Positions 10,545-20,809 of a stretch of 64,000 bases of DNA are shown piece after piece. The position numbers and the translations under genes are program-made. This DNA comes from an uncultured Chloroflexia bacterium (GTDB lineage: Bacteria > Chloroflexota > Limnocylindria > Limnocylindrales > CSP1-4): NCBI GenBank assembly GCA_963743815.1, contig CAVURB010000010.1, positions 134,099 through 198,098 of the forward strand. Direction: 5' to 3'. Within the stretch, counting starts at the first letter, position 1. The number at the start of each line of letters is the position of its first letter. A model generated the notes under the pieces. It saw nothing but the letters and a program-made list of their open reading frames with translations, did no database searches and was not told where the DNA came from.

Positions 10545-11115
10545 GGGATTCCGCCTCCGGGGCCCAGGCCGGGTTGAGCAGGCTCGTCAGGGTGTGGTGC
10601 TGCCAGCGGCCCTCGATCCGCAGGTAGTCCTTCGCCGTCCCCTCGATCGTGAAGCCGAGGCGCCGCAGGAGTTCGGCGCTTCGAATGTTGTGCGGCAGGT
10701 AGTTCGCCGAGATCCGATGCAGGTGCATCTCCTCGAACATGTAGGCGATGCCAAGGCGGAGCGCCTCCGTCATCAGGCCCTTGCCCTGTTGTCGTTCCGC
10801 CAACGCGTACCCGAGGAAGCACGACTGGAACGCGCCGCGGATGATGTTCGAGAAGCTCACGAGCCCCAGGACGGGGGCCTCCGCACCGGGCCCGAAGATG
10901 TACAGCTTCACGGCCTGCCCGGCCTCGAACTGCTGGCGATCGATCTCCACCTGTCGGAGCCAGAACGCCTCGGTGAAGTGATCGGACGCTCGGGTCGGCT
11001 CGAAAGGCGCCAGGTAGTCCGCGTTCTCGCGACGGTAGGCGAGGAGCTGCGGCACGTCGGACTCCGTCGCGAGGCGAAGCTCGAACCGGTCGGTGCCGAT
11101 CGATGGCGCTCGCAT
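10507..11115 (-). CDS. GNAT family N-acetyltransferase
   Basis: Start at [15 protein letters not shown] (Met 46 of ORF 10507..11250); acetyl-CoA-binding region (…[19 protein letters not shown]…); convergently overlaps the rny 3' end. Confidence 0.7.
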   Translation of the reverse strand: MRAPSIGTDRFELRLATESDVPQLLAYRRENADYLAPFEPTRASDHFTEAFWLRQVEIDRQQFEAGQAVKLYIFGPGAEAPVLGLVSFSNIIRGAFQSCFLGYALAERQQGKGLMTEALRLGIAYMFEEMHLHRISANYLPHNIRSAELLRRLGFTIEGTAKDYLRIEGRWQHHTLTSLLNPAWAPEAESPTSRTRRPASRG

Positions 11116-11276
11116 GCTCGATGCATCCCTCCGTCCACGCGTCCCGGTCAGTATCCGCGACCGGCTACGATGCGTGCGTGCACGACGACCCTTCCAACGC
11201 CGCGATCGGGCGGACGCGCCTCGGCAATCCGGCGAACGGCGGAGCGGCACGTCCCAAGGGTGCCTGCCGCGTCCTG

Positions 11277-12062
11277 ATGATCGGCGACATGATCGGCAAG
11301 CCCGGTCGGATCGCGGTCGAGGAGACCCTGCCCGCGCTGCGCGAGGAGCGCGGTATCGACTTCGTCACCGCCAACGGCGAGAACGTCGCCGGCGGCATGG
11401 GCCTGACCCCGGCGACCGCCGACACGATCCTCGCGGCCGGCGTGGACGTCATCACGAGCGGCAACCACATCTGGGACAAGCGCGAGATCTACCCGTACCT
11501 CGAGACCACGGACCGCGTACTCCGGCCGCACAACTACGGCACGCGTGACGTCCCCGGCCGCGGCTGGGGCGTGTACGACGCCCTCGACGGCAGCCACGTC
11601 GCGGTCATCAACCTCCAGGGCCGCACCTACATGCAGCAGATCGAGAACCCGTTCACCGACGCCGACGCGCTCCTCGATGAGACGTCGTCGCCCGAACCGC
11701 TGCCACCGATCCGCCTGGTGGACTTCCATTGCGAGCTCACGAGCGAGAAGAACGCGCTGGGCCTCCACCTCGACGGGCGGGTGAGCGCGGTGGTGGGCAC
11801 GCACACGCACGTGGTGACCGGCGATGAGCGGATCCTGCCGGGCGGAACGGCCTACCAGACCGATCTCGGCATGACCGGGCCGATCTGGAGCGTGATCGGC
11901 TTCGAGCCGCGCACCGTCCTGCCGCGCTTCATCAACGCCCTGCCGACGCGGTTCGAGGTGGGGTCCGGGCCGGTCGTGTTCAACGCGACGCAGATCGATA
12001 TCGATCCCGCAACCGGACGCGCCCTGCAGATCGAGCGCATCCAGCGCCTGCTCGAGGTCTGA
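11277..12062 (+). CDS. ymdB: YmdB-like metallophosphoesterase (2',3'-cyclic-nucleotide phosphodiesterase family)
   Basis: MIGDMIGKPGR…GNHIWDKRE… motifs; conserved rny-ymdB linkage; start chosen at ATG 11277. Confidence 0.8.
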   Translation: MIGDMIGKPGRIAVEETLPALREERGIDFVTANGENVAGGMGLTPATADTILAAGVDVITSGNHIWDKREIYPYLETTDRVLRPHNYGTRDVPGRGWGVYDALDGSHVAVINLQGRTYMQQIENPFTDADALLDETSSPEPLPPIRLVDFHCELTSEKNALGLHLDGRVSAVVGTHTHVVTGDERILPGGTAYQTDLGMTGPIWSVIGFEPRTVLPRFINALPTRFEVGSGPVVFNATQIDIDPATGRALQIERIQRLLEV

Positions 12063-12070
12063 GCATCCCG

Positions 12071-12985
12071 GTGCCGACGACTCGTCGACGCCACGCGCCG
12101 GTGCCGGCGGAGGGGGCCGTCGTCCCGCCGTCGCCGTCCACGATCGACCTCCACGCGCACACGACCCGCTCTGACGGCGTCCTGGAGCCCACCGCGCTGA
12201 TCGCCGCCGCGTACGAGGCGGGCGTCCGCACCTTCGCGCTGACGGATCACGACACCCTGGCCGGCTACCGCGACGTGATGGGCGTCCCCGGCGCCGTCCC
12301 CGCGGGCATGACCCTCATCCCGGGCGTCGAGATCAACGCGCTCGTGACCCGGGATCTGGGCCTCTGGGAGGGCGAGCTCCACATCCTCGGCTTCGGGATG
12401 GATCCCGGCGATGATGCCTTCGAGGCCGCGATGGTCGCCCAGCGCGACCAGCGGCGGGTGCGATTCGCCCGGACGGTCGAGCGACTCCGCGAGATCGGGC
12501 TCCCGATCGATGACCAGGTGGCCGCGCTTGCCCCAGGCGCGGACGACGCCCTCGGCCGGCCCACGATCGCGCGGGCGCTCATCGCCGCCGGGTTCGCCTC
12601 GAGCGTGGAGGACGCCTTCCAGCGCCTGATCGGGCACGGAGCTCCCGGATACATCCGCCGCGAGGGCCTCGGGCCGGAGGACGCCATCCGGGCGATCGCG
12701 GCAGCGGGCGGCATCCCGGTCCTGGCGCACTTCCGCGAGGCGCCGACCCGCATCGAGCTCCTGCGTGAACTGATCGAGGTCGGCCTGGCCGGGCTCGAGG
12801 TCCACTACCGCAGCTTCGACGCCGCGACCACGGCCGCGGTCGGGGACGTCGCCACGACCCTCGGTCTCATCGCGACCGGTGGCACGGACTATCACGGCGA
12901 CCTGGGGCCGTATGCCGAGACCCACGCTGTCTTGTGGGTTCCGCCGGAGGTCGGGCAGGCGCCTGGTGGAGCGTCTCGCGGGCGG
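12071..12985 (+). CDS. PHP-domain phosphoesterase (TrpH/YciV-like); 3' end undetermined
   Basis: LHAHTTRSDGV…TDHDT… PHP motifs; the reading frame has no stop until 15475 and runs antisense through terC, so the true end is unresolved (probable frameshift or sequence error). Confidence 0.55.
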
Positions 12986-13765
12986 CTAGGCCTGTTTGGG
13001 TTCGGGCTCGTCCTTCACGAACGTGGGGCGCAGCTCCACCGGCGGCACCTTCTTGCGCCGCGCTGCCCGGGACCGCAGGTTGAGCGCCTCGACGAACACG
13101 CTGAAGGCCATCGCGGCGTAGATGTACGCCTTGTCGATATGGAACCCGAAGCCGTCCGCCACGAGCGTCACGCCGATCAGCAGCAGGAACGCGAGGGCGA
13201 GCATCTTCACGGATGGGTGGTCGTGGACGAACCGGGACAGCGGGCCCGAGGCGACCAGCATCACGCCGACCGCGATCACGACGGCCGCGACCATCACCGC
13301 GATCTCGTTCGCCATGCCGACCGCGGTCAACACCGAATCGAGCGAGAACACGATGTCGAGCAGAACGATCTGGACGAGCACGCCCCCAAAGGTCGCCGTC
13401 TTCGTGCCGACTTCCGCGTGGTGCGCTTCCTCTCCCTCGAGCGACTCGCCGATCTCGGTCGTGGCCTTCCACAGCAGGAAGAGGCCACCCGCGATCAGGA
13501 TGATGTCGCGCCACGAAAAGTCGCGACCCGCGATCGTGAACACCGGGGCCGTGAGCCCGACGATGAACGAGATCGTCAGCAGCAGCAGGATGCGCATCCC
13601 CATCGCGAGGCCCAGGCCGATGTATCGGGCGCGGTCACGCGACTCCGCGGGCAATCGCTGGACGAGGATCGAGATGAAGATGACGTTGTCGATGCCGAGG
13701 ACGATCTCGAGCACCGTCAGCGTGATGAGCGAGATCCAGATCTCGGGGTTGGTCAGCAGTTCCAT
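12986..13765 (-). CDS. TerC family integral membrane protein
   Basis: MELLTNPEIWISLITLTVLEIVLGIDNVIFISIL… multi-TM TerC signature; start at the MELL Met. Confidence 0.85.
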   Translation of the reverse strand: MELLTNPEIWISLITLTVLEIVLGIDNVIFISILVQRLPAESRDRARYIGLGLAMGMRILLLLTISFIVGLTAPVFTIAGRDFSWRDIILIAGGLFLLWKATTEIGESLEGEEAHHAEVGTKTATFGGVLVQIVLLDIVFSLDSVLTAVGMANEIAVMVAAVVIAVGVMLVASGPLSRFVHDHPSVKMLALAFLLLIGVTLVADGFGFHIDKAYIYAAMAFSVFVEALNLRSRAARRKKVPPVELRPTFVKDEPEPKQA

Positions 13766-13864
13766 AGGCGACCGAGGATACCGTGTCTGCGTGACGCTTC
13801 GGCGTACCATGTCGCGGCTGTGACCCAAACGCGACCCGGAACCCGCGCGCTCCCCGTGCTCGAC

Positions 13865-15475
13865 ATGGTCGATGCCGGCGTCACGTCGGCGCACCCGCCG
13901 CGCCATCCGCTCGTTCCCGAGGACGACCGACTCACCGAATACGTCCCCGACATCCAGGCCCTGCCGCGGTTCCACCTGTGGACGCTCGGCTGCCAGATGA
14001 ACCGCAGCGATTCCGAGGAGATGGCCGGCCGATTGCTCGCGGCCGGCTGCGCCGAGGCGCCATCGATGGACGACGCCGACCTCGTCGTGATCAACACGTG
14101 CGCAATCCGCGAAGGTGCCGAGCAGAAAGTCATCGGGCGGCAAGGGCACCTCGCCCGTCTCAAGGTCGCCAATCCCGGTCTCCGCGTGGTCCTGACGGGA
14201 TGTTCCGTGCGCGAGCCCGACCGCGCCGGCCTCCGTCGGCGCTACCCGGCGGTGGATCTGTTCCTGCGGCCGGACGAGGAACCCGAGCTCGTGCACCGGC
14301 TCGGTCTGGCGTCGGCCCAGGCGCCGATCGCGGTGGGCGCCACCACGACCGTCGGTCGGACCGTGGTCGGGGCGGCGGACGGCCTGTCCGCAACGCGTGC
14401 GCTCGCCGTGGGGGAGGGGACGGTCGCCCGAGGCTCCGCGATCAGCGCCTGGCTCCCGATCATCTACGGCTGCGACAAGACCTGCACCTACTGCATCGTG
14501 CCGTTCAGTCGCGGCCCGGAGCGCAGCCGCCCGTTCGACGACATCGTGGACGAGGCGCGAGCTCTCGCGGCCGCCGGGTATCGAGAAGTCACGCTCCTTG
14601 GCCAGAACGTGAACTCGTATGGTCACGACCTGGCGCCGGAAGAACGGTTCTCCCACGTCGACAGCGAGCGCTGGGCCGGTCACCGGCTCGACCTGGAGGG
14701 TCGCCCCGACCTGGCCGAGCTCATCCGCGCCATCGACGGGCTCCGGACCGCGGACGGCCGCCCGGCGATCGGGCGCCTGCGCTTCGTGACCTCACACCCA
14801 TGGGACCTGTCGGATCGCCTCATCGCCGCGCTGGCAGCGTGCCCGAGTGTCTGCGAGCACCTCCACCTGCCCGTCCAATCGGGCGACGATGCGGTCCTGC
14901 GGCGGATGGGCCGCCAGTACTCCATCGCGCACTACCGGGAACGACTCGCCAGGATCCGCGAGGCCGTGCCAGGCATCACGATCTCCACGGACATCATCGT
15001 GGGGTTCTGCGGCGAGACCGAAGACCAGTTCCAGGCCACGCTCCGTCTGCTCGAGTCCGTGCGCTACGACCAGGTCTTCGCGGCCGCTTACTCGCCGCGC
15101 CCGGGGACGCCCGCCACCAAGCTCGCCGACGACGTGCCACCGGACGTCAAGCGACGCCGCCTCAACGACCTGCTCGCGCTGCAGGAGGTCATCGGGCAGG
15201 AGCGCAATGCGGGCTGGCTGGGCGCCGAGGTCGCGGTCCTCGTGGACACCATGACCCCGGTGCGATCGCACGAGCACGCCGAACCCGACGCGGACGACCG
15301 CGGAACGCGCGATCTCGTTGCCCGGCCCCGACTCTCCGGCCGGACGCGTGGCAACAAGCTTGTCCACCTCGCCGGGGACGAGACGCTCATCGGTCAGGAG
15401 GTGCTCGTCCGCATCGAGCACGCCGGCCCGTATGCGCTGCGAGGCTCGCTGGTCGAGGCCCAGCGCCCGGCGTGA
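13865..15475 (+). CDS. miaB: tRNA-2-methylthio-N6-dimethylallyladenosine synthase MiaB
   Basis: MTTase N-terminal domain (HLWTLGCQMN), radical SAM motif CDKTCTYC, TRAM domain; divergent from terC. Confidence 0.85.
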   Translation: MVDAGVTSAHPPRHPLVPEDDRLTEYVPDIQALPRFHLWTLGCQMNRSDSEEMAGRLLAAGCAEAPSMDDADLVVINTCAIREGAEQKVIGRQGHLARLKVANPGLRVVLTGCSVREPDRAGLRRRYPAVDLFLRPDEEPELVHRLGLASAQAPIAVGATTTVGRTVVGAADGLSATRALAVGEGTVARGSAISAWLPIIYGCDKTCTYCIVPFSRGPERSRPFDDIVDEARALAAAGYREVTLLGQNVNSYGHDLAPEERFSHVDSERWAGHRLDLEGRPDLAELIRAIDGLRTADGRPAIGRLRFVTSHPWDLSDRLIAALAACPSVCEHLHLPVQSGDDAVLRRMGRQYSIAHYRERLARIREAVPGITISTDIIVGFCGETEDQFQATLRLLESVRYDQVFAAAYSPRPGTPATKLADDVPPDVKRRRLNDLLALQEVIGQERNAGWLGAEVAVLVDTMTPVRSHEHAEPDADDRGTRDLVARPRLSGRTRGNKLVHLAGDETLIGQEVLVRIEHAGPYALRGSLVEAQRPA

Positions 15476-16410
15476 CCGCCGCCCCGCCGCTCGTCGTCGT
15501 CGCCGGGGTGACCGCGACCGGCAAGACCGGCCTCGGGATCAGGCTCGCCGAGTGGGTGATCCGACAGGGCCGGCCCGCGGTCGTCATCTCCGCGGATTCG
15601 CGCCAGGTGTTCCGCGGCCTGGACATCGGGACGGCGAAGGTGGGACCCGAAGATCGTGCCCGCGTCCCGCATCACGGCCTGGACCTCGTGGATCCCGACC
15701 AGCCATTCAGCGTGGCCGACTTCGCGAATCACGCGCGGGCCGTGCTGGATGACCTGGCGGCGCAGGATGGCGTCGCCCTGCTCGTCGGAGGGACGGGGCT
15801 GTACCTGCGGACGATCGCTCGTGGCCTGGACACGGCCGCGCTGCCCAGTGATCCGGCGATCCGGGCCCGGCCTGGAGGCGCAGATCCTCGACGATCGACT
15901 CCTGGCGCCTCGTGGCCCGACTTCAGGACGTCGCCCCCAGCCGCGCCGCGTCCGATCGATCTTCACAACCCGCGACGGGTCGTCCGTGCGCTCGAGATCG
16001 CAGAGATCGTGGGCGACAGGCCATTGCCCGTTCGCCGAAGGGCTACCCTGGGGCCAGCACCTGGATCGGGTTGCGCCTGCTCGCCGCGGAACATGCGCGT
16101 GCGGATCGCGGCGCGTGCCCGCGCCCAGTTCGACGCCGGGCTCATCGAGGAGGCCCGAGCGTTGCGCGAGCGCTTCGATCCCGACCTGCCCGCCTTCAGC
16201 GCTATCGGCTACCGAGAGGCGTGGGCCGTCATCGATGGCGAGATGAACCGCGACGAGGCGATCGCGCTCGATGCACAACGCAACCTGCAGTTCGCGAAGC
16301 GTCAGGCGACGTGGTTCCGGTCGGAGCCGGAGATCGCGTGGCTGGACGCCGCAGCGCCCGGCCTCGATGCGGCCGCCACGGCCGTCGTCGCGGGCCTGCT
16401 GGACCGCTAG
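15472..16410 (+). CDS. miaA: tRNA dimethylallyltransferase MiaA (apparent frameshifts at ~15870-15960)
   Basis: GVTATGKTGL P-loop, RRVVRALEI motif, C-terminal QFAKRQATWFR; GTG start overlapping miaB stop; the central segment matches consensus only by hopping frames. Confidence 0.75.
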   Translation: MTAAPPLVVVAGVTATGKTGLGIRLAEWVIRQGRPAVVISADSRQVFRGLDIGTAKVGPEDRARVPHHGLDLVDPDQPFSVADFANHARAVLDDLAAQDGVALLVGGTGLYLRTIARGLDTAALPSDPAIRARPGGADPRRSTPGASWPDFRTSPPAAPRPIDLHNPRRVVRALEIAEIVGDRPLPVRRRATLGPAPGSGCACSPRNMRVRIAARARAQFDAGLIEEARALRERFDPDLPAFSAIGYREAWAVIDGEMNRDEAIALDAQRNLQFAKRQATWFRSEPEIAWLDAAAPGLDAAATAVVAGLLDR

Positions 16411-16426
16411 GGACTATCCTTCCCCG

Positions 16427-17760
16427 ATGCCCCGAACCATCGATCTCATCGACCTCGAACCACCGGTCGAGAAGGTCTTCCTCGTCGCGGTCGACACCGG
16501 CTCCGAGGACGGCTGGACCGCCCAGGAGTCCCTCGCCGAGCTGTCCAGCCTTGCGCGTGACGGCCGGCGCCGACGTGGTCGGCGCCGAGTGGCAGAACCG
16601 CCGCCACGTGGACCCGAACTGGTACATCGGCAAGGGCAAGGCCGAGGAACTGCTCGCGGCCAAGCGCGAGACCGGCTTTGGCACGCTCATCGCGGATGAC
16701 GAGCTGTCCCCCTCGCAGCAGCGCTCGCTCGAGGAGCTGCTCAATGTCAAGGTCATCGATCGCAGCCGACTCATCCTCGACATCTTCGCCCTCCACGCCC
16801 AGACCCACGAAGGTCGGCTCCAGGTCGAGCTCGCCCAACTCGAGTACCAGCTGCCGCGCCTGACCCGGCTGTGGACGCACCTATCGCGCACGCAGGGCGG
16901 GATCGGCTCCCGGGGCCCGGGCGAGAGCCAGCTCGAGACCGACCGCCGGATCATCCGCACCCGGATCGCCAAGATGAAGGAGCGGGTGGAGCAGGTCCGC
17001 CAGCAGCGCGAGACGGCGTCGCGCGGCCGCGACCGGCGGCTGTGGGCCACCGTCGGCATCGTGGGCTACACGAACGCGGGCAAGTCGACCCTGCTCAACA
17101 CTCTGGTCGGGAGCGAGGTCGCGAAGGCCGAGGACAAGCTGTTCGCCACGCTCGATCCGACGAGTCGCCAGGTCAAGCTGGGCGACGGCCAGACCGCGAT
17201 CGTCACCGACACCGTGGGGTTCATCCACAAGCTGCCGCACCAGCTGGTCGATGCGTTCCGGGCGACGCTCGAGGAGGTCAACCGCGCGGACGTACTCATC
17301 GAGGTCGTCGACGCCGCCGATCCGCATCGCGAGGAGCACCGGGCCACCGTCCAGACCGTGCTCGACGAACTGGGCGCGGGCGAGAAGCCCCGGGTCGTGG
17401 CGCTCAACAAGGCGGACCTCGTGGAGCGAGCCGCGCTCGATGGCTCCGCGCACGGCGCCCGGCGATCGGCGGTGCCGTCCTCGTCTCGGCGCTGACCGGG
17501 TTCGGTCTCGACACCCTGCGCGCGGAGATCGCGTCCGTGCTTGCCTCGCTCTGGGTGGACGTGGATGTCGCGGTGCCGTACACGGCCGGCGAGTTGCTGG
17601 CGCGGGTCCGCGAACGCGGCACGGTGGAGATCGAGTACGGCGAACGGGACGTGCGCATCCAGGGTCGCGTCGCGCCCGCCCTGGCCGGCGAGCTCGAGGC
17701 GGTGGCGGCGGCGCTGGGCGGAAGCGATGACGGAAGGGACGGCCACCGGTCAGCCCGACC
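16427..17760 (+). CDS. hflX: GTPase HflX (two apparent 1-nt frameshifts; 3' end uncertain)
   Basis: HflX N-domain (IDRSRLILDIFALHAQTHEGRLQVELAQLEY), GTPase G1-G4 (GYTNAGKST, DTVGF, NKAD); frame changes at ~16565 (extra g) and ~17478 (ccc where cccc is expected). Confidence 0.75.
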
Positions 17761-18507
17761 GCCGGCTGATGACCTGGGATCGGCGCGGCGGGCACGCGAC
17801 GGGCCCGACCGGCGACCGCCTCACCTGGAGTCTCGCCGAGGGCGCGCGCGGGACGCGGTGGCGCGAGACGGCATCGCGGGATGGCGCCCTGATCCGCAGC
17901 GCTCCTGCTCGAGGTGACCCCGACCGGGCGCGTGGCGCGCCTCGAGATCTGACGACCGCCGCCGGCCTGCTCACGCTGCATCCGGAGCCGGATGCGTCGG
18001 CGATCCACGGGAACGTCGTGACGCCGCACGGGATCCGGCATCTCGCGTTCGACTGGAGTCCATCACACGAACTCGTCGTCGCCGGTTCGCTCGACCACCG
18101 ATGCCGTGACGGTCCGCCGGCCGCGCGCCGACCGTGCCCGTGGGCGGGCGCGCCGAGATGGACGTGCTGGCATCGATGACGCGCTCGCAGCCGCGGCCGG
18201 AGCGGTGGGTCGATCGAACGCCCAGCCACCGACCGCTGGGCGGTTCCGCCGACCCGGCCGAGCATCGCGATGCCGCGACGATCCGCGTCGCGCCGGATCG
18301 GGCGCCCGATCCTCGAGCGCCGCGGAGACGTGGGCACTGGAAGCGTGATCCTGTGGATGTGCTGTGGAAGCCGTGGATACCGACCGGCATCTGCAAGGAA
18401 ACTCGTGGACAACCAGGGTTCCCTTGTGACGGCCCATCGCCTATCGTTGGCCGTGCCTGAAGGGGCCTCGGACATCTAGTGATCTTGCCGGTGGTGACAT
18501 CGGTCGG

Positions 18508-18560
18508 AGCCATCTAGTGACCGGCGGTTCCTTCGGGCGTTTCCATGTCCGGCGCGCCGG
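18508..18560 (+). other. Stem-loop element A (GACCGGCG…CGCCGGTC around conserved loop GTTCCTTCGGGCGTTT)
   Basis: 8-bp perfect complementary arms; loop motif is repeated 235 bp downstream. Confidence 0.4.
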
Positions 18561-18746
18561 TCCACTTCGGACCGGCTCCCTTCGTGGATTCGATGTGGAC
18601 AACCGCGCCCAGAAACCGCAACCGAGTCGCAAAGTCGTGGATAAGTCCCTTCCCACGCCGCACGCCGCCCGGGTACAGTGACGTTGCTCGAAGGGGCTCC
18701 AGACCGCAAGCAGTGTCGCAGGTGTTTACATCGGCGGTGCTGACTA

Positions 18747-18790
18747 CGGACCGGTAGTTCCTTCGGGCGTTTTCGTGTGTCCGGTCCGGC
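18747..18790 (+). other. Stem-loop element B (CGGACCGG…CCGGTCCG around AGTTCCTTCGGGCGTTTT)
   Basis: Paralogous hairpin sharing the TTCCTTCGGGCGTTT core with element A; lies in the leader of the threonine-dehydratase-like gene. Confidence 0.4.
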
Positions 18791-18834
18791 GCCGTTCGCG
18801 CCATCTGTGCCCGTCGCCGCAGGGGGGTCGATCC

Positions 18835-19789
18835 TTGATCCAGCACCCAGACCTGACGCGCGGACGCGATCCGCGACGCGCATGCCCGGATCCCGACGGC
18901 ATTCCGGGCGACTCCCCAGTACGTCCACGAGGGCCTCAGCAGTCGGCTCGGCACGCCGGTCATCGTCAAGGTGGAGACCGCCAACCCGATCCGCTCGTTC
19001 AAGGGCCGAGGGACGTGGATCGCCATCGCCGCGCTCGCGGCCGACGGCAGGATCTCGGTGGATCGCCCCGTCGTCTGCGTCTCGGCCGGGAACTTCGGGC
19101 AGGGCGTGGCGTATGCCGCCCGCGCCCTCGGGCTGCCGGCGGTGGTGTTCTGCTCCGTCAACGCCAACCGCGGCAAGGTCGCGCGGATGCGGGCGCTCGG
19201 CGCGACGGTCCACGAGGTCGGCGAGGGCTTCGATGACGCCCGCGGGGCATCGGAAACGTGGGCGGCCGACCACGGGGCCGAACTCCTCGTCGATGGCGAC
19301 GACCCGCGGATCTCGACCGGCGCCGCCACCCTGGCCCTCGAGATCACCGATGCCGTCGACGCGGGAGACCTACCGGCGCCGGTCGTCGCGTCGATCCCGG
19401 TCGGCAACGGCGCGCTGCTCAACGGCGTGGGATCGTGGCTGCGCGCGACCCTGCCCACGTGCCGCGTCGTCGGGGTCCAGGCCGAACGCGCCGACGCGAT
19501 GACCCGGTCCTGGCGCGCCGGAGCCCCGGTCGACACCGAGTCCGCCGACACCTACGCCGACGGCATCGCCTCGCGGGTCGCCATCCCGCGCGCGGTCGAG
19601 CTGATGACGGGCCGGGTCGATGACATGGTCACCGTCTCGGAGGACGCCCTCCGAGCGGCCCAGGCGGTCCTGACCGAGGAGCTCGGCGTGACCGTCGAAG
19701 GGGCAGCAGCCGCCTCCTGGGCCGGACTGCTCGCCGACGGACCGCGCCCAACGGCCCGGCGCTCGTCATCGTCACCGGCAGCAACGTGA
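18835..19789 (+). CDS. PLP-dependent threonine/serine dehydratase family protein (TTG start; apparent frameshift near 18860)
   Basis: …IRDAHARIPTAFRATPQYVHEGLSSRLGTPVIVKVETANPIRSFKGRG… PLP-lysine motif; SD GGGGGG upstream of TTG. Confidence 0.7.
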
Positions 19790-19910
19790 CCTGACGGCCG
19801 GCGGGCGGCGCGAGCGGTCTCGCGGCGCGTCGCGGGCTGCGCTACGGTTCCACCATGACCAGCGCGCGCCGGTTCCTGCCGGCGACCCCGCCGATCTCCT
19901 CCGCGCCATC

Positions 19911-20681
19911 GTGCCGCTGGTCATGCTGGCCGCCTCAGCCCTCGTCCCGGTCCTGCGCATCCCGGTCGTCGTCGTCCTCGTGGCGGGCACCGGGGTCGCC
20001 ATCGGCCGGGACGCCCCGGTCCGCTGGGCATGGGCGGCCGCCATCCCGGTCGCCCTGAGCCTGGCCTGGGAGGGATGGCCGGCGCCGCTGGCTGCGGCGG
20101 ACGGATCAGAGTGCGCGATCCCCGCGTCGCCCATCGCGGTCTGGCGGGCTGCCCAGGCCCTGGTCGTGCTGGGCGTCGTCGCTGCGCTTGCCATCATCCT
20201 TGGGGCGAGCCGGGCATCGCTCGGGCCTGCGCCTGCCGGCTCGGCGCTACGTCCGCTGGGCCATCATCGGCTTCCTCGTGACGGGGCCGGTGGCCCTGCT
20301 CATCGGGCCCGTCCTTGCGCGCGCCGTTCTTCGGCCCCATCCGCTACGACGTGACGGTGGTCGGGGCGATCGTCCCGGCGCTCCTGTTCGCGACCGCGCA
20401 ACGGGGTCATGGAGGAGGTCACCTACCGCGGTGCCCTGCTGGGCTGGTCGGCCAGGGTGATGGGCGTGGGACCGGCGCTCCTCGGCCAGGCGATCATCTT
20501 CGGTCTCGCCCACTCGCGGTCCGACGTCCTCGCGATGCCGATCCCGCTCATGCTCGGCCTCGGGATCGGCGGGCTGCTCGCGGGCGCCATCGCCGTGCGC
20601 ACGCGGTCGCTGCTCATCCCGATCGCCATCCACATCGGCTTCGATATCCCGCTCTACTACGGGCTCGCCTGCGCATCCTGA
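19911..20681 (+). CDS. CPBP family intramembrane metalloprotease (CAAX protease/Abi), apparent frameshifts
   Basis: Motifs EEVTYRG, FGLAHS, HIGFD in the C-terminal frame; a gggg homopolymer frame change at ~20405. Confidence 0.65.
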
Positions 20682-20809
20682 TCCCGACCGACGCGAGATG
20701 CCCGCGAGGCCCCGCTCCGATCTCGCTCCGGCCTGCCGTTCGGCTCTTGGCGGCCGCAGACGGATACGCGCACCATCGACGATGGCGGCATCCGTGACCG
20801 GAGGTCGGA

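Noticed and set aside
12071-15475. 1134-aa ORF spanning PHP, antisense of terC and miaB
   Set aside because: The protein similarity is split into two unrelated parts, separated by an R/H-rich low-complexity stretch that is antisense to the genuine TerC CDS. It is a GC-rich run-through artefact.
13978-16410. 810-aa ORF ending in miaA
   Set aside because: Only the last ~310 codons are MiaA. The upstream 500 codons are Arg/Pro/Gly-rich translation of the wrong frame of miaB.
17750-18513. Several 100-240 aa ORFs on both strands between hflX and the thr-dehydratase gene
   Set aside because: The translations are Arg/Pro-rich with no recognisable domains. A partially coherent plus-strand frame (…LLTLHPEPDASAIHGNVVTPHGIRHLAFDW…) could be a decayed gene but cannot be supported.
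18680-18720. Possible glycine-riboswitch-like GAAGGGGC element (CUCGAAGGGGCUCCAGACCGCAAG)
   Set aside because: Only a short partial match to the conserved ACCGAAGGGGCAA box. The second aptamer and P1 pairing could not be identified by eye, so it is left as a generic structured-leader candidate.
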